A stretch of 64,000 bases of DNA from Paramecium tetraurelia. Taxonomy: Eukaryota. Under the pieces are notes generated by a model. That model was not told the DNA's origin and did no database searches. It worked only from the letters and a program-made list of their open reading frames with translations. Made by a program: the position numbers and the translations under genes. The DNA is taken from NCBI GenBank assembly GCA_000165425.1, contig CT868374.1, positions 372,001 to 436,000 on the forward strand, in the 5' to 3' direction. Shown here piece after piece: positions 53,301 to 64,000 of this stretch (position 1 is its first letter; each line of letters starts with the position of its first letter).

Positions 53301-53754
53301 AATAGAGAAGTTGTTTAGCATATTTGAGATTCTTGCAATAGCACCAAACCAAGCATAAGAGTTTAGATTTCTGCTGTATAACTAGCATAGGGTTTCTTCA
53401 ATTCATAAAATAAATAATAGTCAGTTTCAGTCCAGCAAATAGAAAGTAAAATAAAATATGTAAAAGTAGCAACATTTAGAAATCCATTTCTAAATTTTCT
53501 TAAAAACTTAAAAATCAACCAAAATAAAACCAATAACCCTGCTTGAACCTATGAATATAATTCATTTATACAATAATTCTCACTATTAACATTATTCTTG
53601 CAACATCCACCTTTTAAGTGCTTACATCAATAGTTGAGATAATCATATCGAAGAGTTAGTAAATGGATATAATATTTATGACTTAGGTGTGCTGTTATAT
53701 GTTCGTATAAGGCTATGAGTATATGGAAAAATAACCCTTAAGATTATTTATCAT
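50357..53754 (-). CDS. Degenerate hybrid histidine-kinase-like protein B, tandem paralog of A
   Basis: ISQKIKQPLNC, TDPNRLRQIL, CPKILICEQNDFDLYA, LIFISVEY, SKPLMIDALLFILAKWVKL; shares intron positions with A. Confidence 0.85.
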
Positions 53755-54358
53755 AAGATTAAGAGATTTATATAAATTAATATAATAGATGTGAAATAAA
53801 GCATCAGAAGAAAATAATAATACTATTAGCATTCAATATTTTTGAGAATACAGAAAATCCTCTTAAATTATATTTAATTAAAAGAATCCTTTTTTAGTAT
53901 TATATATGTTTAAGAATGGGATGTCGAACTGTAAGAATAAATCATCATAGCAATGAATTTTCATGTCTAAAAAAGTGAAAGTCAATCAGAAAAATTTAAA
54001 TGATATTTCTTAAGTTATTATATCATAGCATCCTACTCAAAATTAATTTATTTGACTATTGAAGATGAGGATAACAAAAAGTGTTGACACTTGTGGTATC
54101 TTTATTCACTTTTTATAATTTATATTATAATTCAGTAGATTCAGAAATATTAAAGAAAATCGATGTAAATTGTACACTATAAAAAATTATCTTTGACTTA
54201 TTAGATAAAAGAGTAATTAACAATAATAGAAGTTTGAATTTGATGGAAAAATGCGTCACGAATAATTAATTAGAGCTTTAAGAGTGATGGTGTGACTAAA
54301 TTTTTATGTGAATATCTGGACATTTATATTTGATCAATATTTTAATTATTTTGTCATC

Positions 54359-55307
54359 ATGGATACTCAATTTTTTACAAGCAGCACAAGGTACGATTTG
54401 AATTTATAGAATTAGTATGAGTTCATCATCATCCTCAAGTTCGAGGAAAGGATCTCAAGAATGCTTTAGCGATTTTGGAATTGAAAAAAAATCTAGGAAA
54501 AGCAAAAAGAGTGCAAATCGAAGTTGTTCCTTCGGTTTAGGTTCAGTGACTGAAGTGTCCGAGGACATTGAAGATTATTTAGTATGACATGTTTTAATTT
54601 GATTATAGATGAGTCGTTTGCCACACATCTAGATGCCAAATGATAATAATGAATTTAGAGAACGCATTCCACCAAGATTAAAAAGGACTGAAAAATATTA
54701 AAAAAGAAGGGCTTCTTTGAGTCCTCATGGAACAAACGGATTAGCTAAGGTTGAAGAGGTCATTGGAGAAGATGATGAATTAAAAAACAAATGCATTTTT
54801 AAACTTGGTTTAATGTTAGACAAAGATGAATTCAATGATAAAAGAGGAAGATTCTTATAGTCAAAAGATAGAATTAATGTTGAAAAAGCGACGTCTTCAA
54901 ATTTAACTATTTTAGAAGATGCTCAAGAGAATGTCAAAGAATTGCAACAACACGTCATGAGTCCCACTTATAAACTAAAGGTTGATGAAGTTGATTTTGA
55001 ATAAGAAAAAAAACAATGGCAACCTTAAGAAATAATAGAAGTTATTGAAGAGGAAAAACCAGATAATGTAGTCAATATTAAGGAAAAAGAAATGTTTTAA
55101 AAAAGTATTAGCATTATAATTATAGTAGTAAAAAAGATTTTACATGAGGAAAGAGATTTCTTAAAAAGAATCTTAAAAGGGGAATTGATTCATTAAGAAG
55201 ATATTATAAAAAAATAATAATTCCAATCTGAAGTAGGTGAAACTAATTGGAATTAATTAATTTAAGAAGCAGAGGAATAAGTCAACAGTGATGAAGATTT
55301 ATAATGA
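54359..55307 (+). CDS. Hypothetical Ser-rich/acidic protein
   Basis: Two introns give a continuous frame from MDTQFFTSST to NSDEDLQ-TGA. Confidence 0.75.
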
Positions 55308-55460
55308 TTTGTTAATTAGTTATATATTTCTAATTGAGTAATAGTTTTATATCAATCAAATTTGTACATTCTAACCTGGAAAACTATATATTAGTTGAAA
55401 GGAATTATTAATAACTAAAAGCAGGAGTTTTAAATTAGAAACTATCTCTTAATTATCAAA

Positions 55461-55509
55461 TATTTGTTGGATAACATTAAAATATAATTTTAATATTATC
55501 CAACAAATA
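55461..55509. repeat. 49-bp inverted repeat (23-bp arms, 3-nt loop, 1 mismatch)
   Basis: TATTTGTTGGATAACATTAAAAT-ATA-ATTTTAATATTATCCAACAAATA. Confidence 0.92.
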
Positions 55510-55587
55510 GATCTAAGATGATTTAAACAAAAATTCATAAGATATGAATATTTAGTTTATAATAGAATTATTATAAAGAAAAAAGGG

Positions 55588-56609
55588 TCAATATCCCTTT
55601 GGTTGTAAATCAATAAAACTTTGTGATATTGGAATTGCAATATCATACTCAATGTCATAATAATTATGCGTCATTCTTGGCCTCACAAAAATGCTGGATT
55701 ATTATTAAATATGTAAAGGAAGACTAATATTATGAGAATTATTTACTTTTCAAAGATATCTTATGAATGATGTGGTTATATTAAGGCATCTTCTTCTCCG
55801 TGAATCAACGCTATAGGACATCTAATATGTTGGGATCTTTCTAAATTTGGGAAAATATTAGGTAAACAACATAAAAGGCTTAAAATGCAACCACATCCAT
55901 AACAAAAGTCATTTAATATATATCTAATTGATTTATAAGCAGACATAGTTATTAATCCTTTGATGTTTCTTTAAGTTGCTAGATAAAATGAAGGTCCTGT
56001 GCCAATCGATCTTAATAGAAATTAGGAATACCTTCCAAAAATGTATATTTAATCATCATTTAATCTGAACTAATTCTTAATTTCATCATATAAGACTAAT
56101 GAATCTTATTCCACTAAATTTGAAGTTGGTTCAATATTCCTATATATACCATAACCAGGATATTCAATAACAAACATATTTGCACTTATCATTTTGGATA
56201 ATGATTCCATAAATTCTACAGCTGAATACCTACACCTTTATTTATAAATTTACATGTCTTCCGCGTTCCCATGAAAATATATTATATATAAATTGGTTTT
56301 CCAATATCTATTTTTGATATAGACATAGGGAATGTTTCTGACTTTTTCAGGATTTCCTGGATAAACATTTGGGTTTCTATGCACTATGTTTATTTTTGTT
56401 TTACCCATATTAACATCATAATCGTAAGTACTTGCATAATACAGATTGGCCTAAAAATTTATTTCTTGATACATAGGAGTAGGAGCAGGAAATATGATAT
56501 CGTTTATCTTTCCAAAACAATGTAGTATAAACAAAACAAATAAATAGATCCCAATAAGGATAGTTGACAAAACAATAAGTGTGACATGAGAAGAGTCCTA
56601 ATCACCCAT
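55588..56609 (-). CDS. ABHD17/ABHD13-like alpha/beta hydrolase with N-terminal TM
   Basis: YFHGNAEDM, EYPGYG, FGRSIGTGP, IHGEEDALI, MTHN (Ser-Asp-His triad); three introns. Confidence 0.92.
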
Positions 56610-56813
56610 TTATTAGATAATTAAATAATTTAATATAATAAATAGAAAATACATACTCTATTGGATTTATACAAGAATAAATAAAATATAATATTTTGAT
56701 ATTCTAGTAAAATTTGATTTGATAATCAGATTGCAACTAATCAAATTAATCATATAAAGGAATAAATTAAATTAATTATTTTCATTAAGCTTTCCTAAAA
56801 TAACTACAACAAG

Positions 56814-57275
56814 TCAAAATTCAAAAGATCTTATAAGTGCCTTATTTTTATGTGTTGAGGGCCTCTGTCCTGTTAAATTATAATAATATTGTTTAGTTTA
56901 GCTCCAATCTCTATCATATTATTATTTTGAATATTATGACTTTTTTGTAGTGATATTCCTAAATAGGATCAAATTATCCCTTCTAATTTACTCTAATTCA
57001 TTCCTTTTTCTTGAATTTAAGCTACTTATTCTTTTTGGTTTATTAAAATTGATGTTTTTATTATTCATAATATTAGTAATCTTCTGAAATAATAATCTAT
57101 TATCCTTCTCTATTTGAGTGTACCTTTCTTCCAAAATATAGACTTTCTTCATGTTTGGTATCCTTTCAACAGTTCTTGGAATAGTAATATATGGTCCGAT
57201 TTACTAAAGTCTACTATATCCATCGAGCATTTCCTTTTCTTGCATTACTCTTATATGAGGTTTAGGTCTGTGCAT
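56814..57275 (-). CDS. CFAP97/Hemingway-domain-like protein
   Basis: ERYTQIEKDNRLLFQKITNI..SLNSRKRNELEQIRRDNLILFRNI..KSQYS..DW, the two-helix pattern of CFAP97-type proteins; intronless. Confidence 0.72.
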
Positions 57276-57349
57276 AGACAATGAAGACACGATAGAAGTT
57301 ATTGTTTATTTATATAATTTTATAAATATGAATAGCTTTACTATTATAC

Positions 57350-58671
57350 TCATTTTTTTTTTAATAATGCAACTTCTAACTCCTCTGTCAATAATGATTA
57401 TTCTTAAAATGAATCATAGAGTTTTGACTTTATGACTGGGTGGAACTTTTAATAATGCTTGATGATGAAATTAATAAAGAATTGTTGAACTTGCTTTGGG
57501 AATTGGGGGAAGATCTAAAATTATATTGATTCATATTGTTACTTTCTAACAATCGAAAATCAACATCTAGACTGCTGTAATATTAACACTCTAAATGATC
57601 CCAACGATGTCTCTGAAAAAGAGTTTAAAAATGGCAGAAGATGGGTATCTAATCTTAGCAAAGCTTGAAAACATTTGCAACTTCATTAGGCTGTTGAATT
57701 GGTCATATCTCTAAATGAATTCCTATTCAAAAAGTTTAAATATCTCTTGTGTTCCATGTCCAAATTGTTTATATAACATAAATATGCTTGTAATATTTTA
57801 AGCCTCTGTTGTAGGAATATTCTTTATGGCTTGTTCTTCCAATAGCTTCCAAAATTCAGGTGATCCTCTACCAAATAATGCAATTCCTGTGCCAACTCTA
57901 TATTTAGAATACAGTGTATTTACCTAATTAAATCTTAAAATTCCATCTCTGTCACTAAGCTTTGTTTTTCTAATAAATCGAAGATATCCTTCCTTTGAAT
58001 CCTAGCCAGTATCAAACCAAAGGCGAAATGCTTCAGATCATTCGACCTAAATGAATCGATACTTTATTTGAAATTCAAAAGTAAAGACTTTTCGACATCC
58101 TTATTTGTGGATTTAGTGTATTATGAAACTTGTCCATAGATAAACATGGATAATCCGATTTATGATGGGGTTAAATCAGGTGCCTGTGACACTGCAGCTA
58201 CGAAATTGAATGATTATTAATAAAATTCTTTAGAGTACTTTCCTGAGACCAATACGGATAGAATGTCTAGGGTTTCTGTCAAGGAGGTTTATCTAGTTTA
58301 TTATATTGTTATATTACTATTCTAGATACAATTGGGTTGTTCTATCAAATACTTTTTGTGCATAATTTTCATCACTTATTTACTAAGCAAAGGTGATGGA
58401 GACCAATTCTCTAATTTCTTGATTTTCAAATTAAGGCAAATATGGCTTTAATTGCTAAATTAAGCTTGATATCTCTTTCAAATTAAATTAATCATTTACA
58501 TTTATGATCTTATTATTTTCCTTTATGTAATTGGTTGAGTTAATTTAAAATTTCACTATATTCGTTTGTTTGAGTGGATTGAGAAAACTAATAATGTGGA
58601 ATTCTCATCTAGTGAATGAATTTCTAGGATGTGCCCATAGTGAAAAAAAATCTAAGGTATTACCTTCTCAT
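57350..58671 (-). CDS. Heptatricopeptide-repeat (HPR)-like protein, predicted mitochondrial
   Basis: Basic leader MRRQYLRFFF..PHYQFS; three consecutive 37-aa repeats with G/P-x-x-x-F/I-W/F-K-L; four introns. Confidence 0.75.
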
Positions 58672-58692
58672 ATTAAATTTATTAGAAAATAA

Positions 58693-60335
58693 ATGAATTA
58701 ATTATAATTATCATAAGCATAGTCACCAAGAGAAAGTAATTTCGATTATGACGAATAACCTCAAACACAATCTATTTAATTAATTGAGAATAGAGCTGCA
58801 CTTTCATTTATCACTAATGTATTCAAACTCATATAAAGAATTTAGATATAAATTTTAGTTGCTATATTTTAAATATTGTTAATACTTTTTAATTCATATA
58901 TCGCCTTTGATTTAAGCTATAAGATCTCCCTTCTATATGTGACAATTTTGCATTTCCTGTAAATCATTAGGATAGGAGTTAATAACAACAAGTAAAATTT
59001 TACAATTCATTTGTTTAGAAAAATATAAAATACTCAATATTGTTGCATTTAGATATTTTGGGGAGTCCTGTCCATTTCCTATTATGTACTTTATTCTTTT
59101 AGCTTTTAAGGGATGCTTGATTTATTTCTTAGAGAATAAAGATTTTCCGATTCAGTACCCAATATTAATGTATTTGATTTTCACTCTTACTTGGTTTGTT
59201 CTGACACTAAACAACTATTTAAAAAATAAAAATGAAAAACACTTTATTTTAATAGTAATATACACAGATTTACCTTTTAGTTGTAAGTTTTATTCAGATT
59301 TTTCTTCGTTCTCCAATTATTGATGATTAATCTGAAATAAATTTAATGGGTAGATTGGGATTGGATATATATATTTGCAATACTTTGGATTTTCTTGTCA
59401 ATTATTTGTATATTTCAACTCATTTTTTTGTTTGATTTCATCTGTAAGGCATCATCTTTCTTGCAAGAAAGAGATCCGATCAACAGGGAAGCATTTAATC
59501 AGTAGAGTATACATATTGAGTAGGTTTAGTTATAGGATCATTATGGATTAACTTACTCATCTTATGCATATCTGGACTTCCAACTTTTAGTATGGTGTGC
59601 TATACAATTAAATTGTAGACTGGAACAAATAGTTATAATTAACTTTCAATTACATTATCAGTCATATATTCACTAGTATTCATTGTCTTCACATTGTATT
59701 ATCGAATATCTTTGAGGTTAAATTTCAATTCTTATTAAAGTCAATTCGTATCTCAAATTCAACAATCAAGAGTGATCGAAAACAACGTTGAAAGCAATGC
59801 TGATAATTAATAAAGATATCAATTAAATTCTCCAAGTTCTAAACATAGAAATCATTTAATCAAAAGTAAAGAATAGATCCTAACTCATCTACCCTAATAT
59901 TTGGTATTTGTTTTATATGTAAGGCCAGATTAGATTATCACAAACCTACTTTATGCCAGCTAACGATAATGATAATGCCTCATAATAAAAAAAGCAACCT
60001 TAAAAATTCTAATTTGAATAATAGCATTTCAAAAGGAACAAAACAGATCAAGACCAACCAAAATTTAGTAATCGTAATTCTCTTACTGAAATTAATTCTG
60101 ACAAAGATACATAATGCTTTAATTGCTATCAAAATGAAAGCTGTGCCGTATATATGCCATGTGGACATGGTGGATTATGTGTGAAATGTGCCACAGAATG
60201 GTTCAATGAGAAATAAGAATGTTTGATCTGCAGAAAAGTAATCATTCTTTATATTTTTAGCCTGTTGAATCTGTAATACAAATTTCTTAGTCTGAACAAA
60301 ATAAAGTATAAGTGATAGATGTGTTAGCATTCTGA
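58693..60335 (+). CDS. Multi-pass membrane protein with C-terminal RING-HC finger (putative E3 ligase)
   Basis: TM block including DWDWIYIFAILWIF; CFNC..MPCGHGGLCVKC..CLICRK; several introns. Confidence 0.88.
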
Positions 60336-60386
60336 AAATTCTTTTATTATATTTATCAATAATTCAATTATTAATATCTTTTTATT

Positions 60387-60876
60387 ATGAAATCAAAAAT
60401 ATTGAACACTGGCTCTAATCCTGAAAAAAGGCCAACCGTTTATTTGAATGACGGACAAGGAAGAGACACCTATATTTCTTATAACAATGGCGGAAATTTT
60501 GCTTAAGAGTTCAGATTCTTAGTATCACCATAATAGCCCACTTCTTTAAGATTAAAATACAATAGCAGTATACAATAATAATCTTCCACACCAAGGATTA
60601 ATTATTAAGGTGATGGAACAGGTAGAGATACTTATATTTTGTAACATTTTATGTCTGAAACTAAATAGATAAAATATCATGGATAAATGCAGCTCAGGAT
60701 AATTAAATTACAAATCCATGCTCAGAAGTGAGACTAATTTTGGTTCATTTCAAAAGAATAGATATTAATTGCCACCAATTGCAAAATAAAAATTGAACAG
60801 GATCCATTAATTATAGAAAGTCCAATCAAGTAGGTTGTCAATGCCAAAAAATAGACAATTATTTAATGAAGAGTGA
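60387..60876 (+). CDS. Small protein with two YxxDGxGRDTYI repeats
   Basis: YLNDGQGRDTYISYNNGG and YQGDGTGRDTYI; one intron 60641-60668; SSRLSMPK near the C-terminus. Confidence 0.82.
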
Positions 60877-61127
60877 TTATCTCAATATTTTTATAGATAT
60901 AAATTTATTAAGCAATAAGCATTCAAAATATTTTATTGATTGTCTGCAAAAATGACTTTTTTCATATATTGATAAGATGAAAAATCTCGAAAATCTGTCC
61001 TATTGTATATCATTCCAAAATTAGAAAAATATAGTTTACTAATGTGTTACCCAATTTTTTCATCATTTAATTTCATTTTAATGCGAAATTTGTATTAATA
61101 TTATAATTAATAACATAATTCAAATAA

Positions 61128-62059
61128 ATGGCATACATAGTGAGGACATTTATCTACAGATATTTTAAAAATTACCTTTGCTCAGTTACTGGATTATTTT
61201 TTATATTCCTCTATGTTTTTGCATTAGTTTTTCCATTTTTATTCGCAATCAGCACTGGAGGTAATCATGTTTAATATCAAAGAATTTTGGCAGAAAGTTA
61301 AGATAGCGTCTGAGTAAACTTACATATCATTAAATGGTAATTATAGTATTTAATGCCATTCTGGGTTTTTAAATGAAACATCTTCCAATATCATTAGTGT
61401 TACAGATTAAGATTACATAGATTTTTAATATATGAATGAAGATCAAAATTTAGATGGCAAGACTGATTTTATCTCATTTTAAATTAATTTCATGCCTTCG
61501 TTCATTGCTGAACAGTGCACCTTAATTTTATTTTCAAATGTTGGAATCAGAGTAATATAATCAAAATAAGTAGAATACTTTGAAGCTGTAGATGATTACA
61601 CCTTTAGTGTTTTCTTTTAATGAAGATTTTGAGAATTATGCCATCCATCTATTTGGCCAGCTCTAATTTTAGCAAAAGCAAACATTACCTCAATTAACTT
61701 CGACTAAATTAACCTATTATAATGAAGAAAGCACTTATGAATATCCTTTAAATTTATTTGATTTTAAATTATAATAGCTCTCTTAAAATGAAACAATCAT
61801 ACCTACATTTGAATCATTTAAATAGAGAAAACCTGCATCCAAATAAGTTTAAATTTCTGGTCAATTGAAAGTTTAGACTTTTCAGCAGTTGTATTATAAA
61901 CCAACAGTACTGTAGAGTTTCAGAGAGGTCTGGATTCAATATATTTACATAGCAATACCGACATTTTATTTAATCTAAAAATTAGGATCTTTTGCTCTAT
62001 AAAAGAAGATATTTTTTGCACATTAATAAGTTTATAATGATTAATATAATACGATATGA
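61128..62059 (+). CDS. TMEM231: Transition-zone membrane protein TMEM231-like
   Basis: N-terminal CS + TM + FWQK..EQ; DQNLDGKTD; C-terminal YKPTVLQSFREVWIQY + TM; short introns. Confidence 0.82.
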
Positions 62060-62102
62060 CAATATTTAACTAAATTATATTTAATAAATTATTGATTTTC
62101 AA

Positions 62103-64000
62103 TCAAATTAATTAATTATACATGTTTGTTGGTTTCCAATTAGTTTTATTGATTTATTAATAAGTAGTTTTCATATTATTTTCTCTTTTAACCTCTCTTT
62201 TAACCTCTCTTTTAACCTCTCTTTTAACTTCTCTTTTATCTTCATATTCTGAAAATTCAATTTAAGTGAAATTATTAGTTTGAACAAATGGATTAAACGT
62301 AATTTTTCTAGATTTTTTTTTTTTATAATTTTTGTATTCTTTCTTATAATCATATGTATCTGATTCTCTATATTCCTCATTACTTGTGTGACCTTCCGTA
62401 TTATCTCTACTATCCATAGAATTATCTGTTTAATTACTAGATTAGCTCTATTCTGAATTGTCACTATAGCTCGAATCATTAATATCTTCCTGAGTTCTAT
62501 TATCCCTTTTTTATTTATTATCTCCGTTATTCCATCTTTTATTATTATATTGATAATCCTTATTCTTATTTTCTCTATTATCTATATTATCCCTTCTATA
62601 ATTTCTATCATCCCTGTTATCCCTTCTATTATCTCCATGATCCCTGTTGTAGTCTCTATTATTTCTGTTATCTCTATTATCCCTATTTTAGTTTCTATTA
62701 CCTCTAGTAGTAATCTCCTCCCTGTGATCCCATCTCTTATCTCTATTATTCTTATTAGATCTTTAATTGTCTTTATTATTCCTGTTATCCCTATTATCCC
62801 TTCTACTGTCTCTATTGTCTTTATTATCCCTATATTCTCTATTATCCCTTTTATCTCTATTTTCCCTACTGTTGTCTCTAATATCTCTGTTATCTCTTTT
62901 ATTGCCTCTATTATCCCGATTATCCATGTTATCCTAATTATCATTGTCATCGTCGCTTCTCAAACGATTCCAATCATTCCTATTATCTTAATGGTCGCTA
63001 CTCAAACAACTCCAATTCTAAATACCTCTTTCATCTTAATTCTAAATATTGTCCTAATTATCGCTATTATCGCCACTCAAACGACCCCAATCATTCCTGT
63101 CATCCTAGTTATCCCTGTCATCCTTTTTATCCTTATTATCCCAATACAATTTACTTCTGTCATCCTTTTTATATATATTTTTCTCATATTTCTATTTCAT
63201 TGTCTCACTTTCAAGTGAACCAGAATTGACAAAATCTTCTTATACAAACTAACTTAAGTTTTAAATAATTCCAGAAGTTTTCTCTGCTACAAAAGTTTAA
63301 ACATTTTATTAGATTTAATTATCTTGAGAGTTGATAGTCTCCTTTTTTTCTGGGGGTTAACCATCCATGGGTAATTTGTTTTATAAATTACAAACAGGAT
63401 TCTTATTAAAATCTGGCAGTTGTATTTCTTCAAAGCCATCTTCATCAGGTCGATTATAATTATTAAAGTTCTGAGAATACTTATGATATTCATTATTTAC
63501 AAATTCTTTATTATTGAAGAAACCCTTATTATGCTACTGAATTTACAAAAATTATAGATTATTCTGACCATCTCTTTATTATTGAATGTATAATGGTATC
63601 TAAAGATTTATTTCCTATCCATAAATATCTTTATTTTATAATACAAATTCCTTTATTTAATTTCTAAAAACATCGACAATGCTATATCTTCCATCACATT
63701 CTATCCTATCAACTAAATTATCATCTTGATAATAGCCCTAATCTGAATAATTTTCTTGTTTTTACGGGTTTTATTCAATTTCATAGAAAGCCTGATAGAG
63801 TTCACTTAATGAAAAATTTTAATATTAAGTTCTCTAATCGAATACACAGGTTTAACATCCTGAATTAGTAATCTCTTCTTTTGTTGGATAGAAAGTAAGT
63901 TTTATTATGATTGATGAAACTTTCTTTCGAATATACAAGTCAACAAGTCCTTCTTCAAGCGGTTCATAATGATAATATTTCTCAATAGTTTTGATGCTAA
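62103..64000 (-). CDS. Large protein, 5' end outside window, with Asp-Asn-Arg (DNR) repeat region
   Basis: Single TGA-free table-6 frame over ~1.9 kb ending MYNQLI-TGA; DNR/RDN degenerate tripeptide array and (REVK)4. Confidence 0.8.
62183..62238 (-). repeat. 12-bp tandem repeat, ~4.7 copies, encoding KREV
   Basis: CTCTTTTAACCT repeated on the + strand. Confidence 0.92.
62550..63140 (-). repeat. Degenerate 9-bp coding repeat (GAT AAT AGA; DNR)
   Basis: Recurrent TCTATTATC/CCTGTTATC units on the + strand. Confidence 0.88.

Noticed and set aside
47048..53754. Bacterial contamination or horizontally acquired two-component operon
   Set aside because: Both genes use TAA/TAG as Gln and contain host-type micro-introns.
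62183..62238. Possible CRISPR-like repeat
   Set aside because: Contiguous 12-bp coding tandem repeat with no spacers, in a eukaryotic context with no cas genes.
62550..63218. 222-aa Ile/Pro-rich + ORF and 122-aa Ile-rich - ORF
   Set aside because: Antisense and off-frame readings of the DNR repeat in the minus-strand gene.
1..64000. tRNA, rRNA, telomeric repeats, transposase ORFs
   Set aside because: None recognised by eye; tRNAscan-SE and Infernal would be needed to exclude short RNAs.

Overview
AT-rich, gene-dense eukaryotic DNA using the ciliate nuclear code (TAA/TAG=Gln, TGA the only stop) with tiny ~21-33 nt GT..AG introns. This fits a Paramecium macronuclear (somatic) chromosome; the species cannot be fixed from sequence alone. 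The supplied standard-code ORF track is therefore fragmented, so I re-translated by hand with table 6. About 37 protein genes are supported. They include an axonemal dynein heavy chain (DNAH10/I1-alpha-like, 13.3 kb), a cGMP-dependent kinase, two CAMK-like kinases, a dual-specificity phosphatase, two alpha/beta hydrolases, RABL2, Roadblock/LC7, TMEM231, a CFAP97-like protein, TCTP, Alba, an ODR-4-like protein, an HPR-repeat mitochondrial protein and a TM-RING ligase. Most notable: (i) an intronless single-HKD Zucchini/PLD6/Nuc-like nuclease with an NLS-like tail; (ii) a tandem pair of hybrid histidine-kinase-like genes lacking the phospho-His, the ATP-binding boxes and the phospho-Asp; (iii) divergent gene pairs whose ATGs are only 7, 11 and 21 bp apart; (iv) a TA-bounded 49-bp hairpin with 23-bp arms; (v) single-base lesions in three otherwise intact genes (TCTP +1, Alba -1, a GT..AT intron in PKG). 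No tRNA, rRNA, telomeric repeat, CRISPR array or transposase was recognised. Family calls come from motif recognition, not database searches. CDS coordinates span ATG to TGA including introns.
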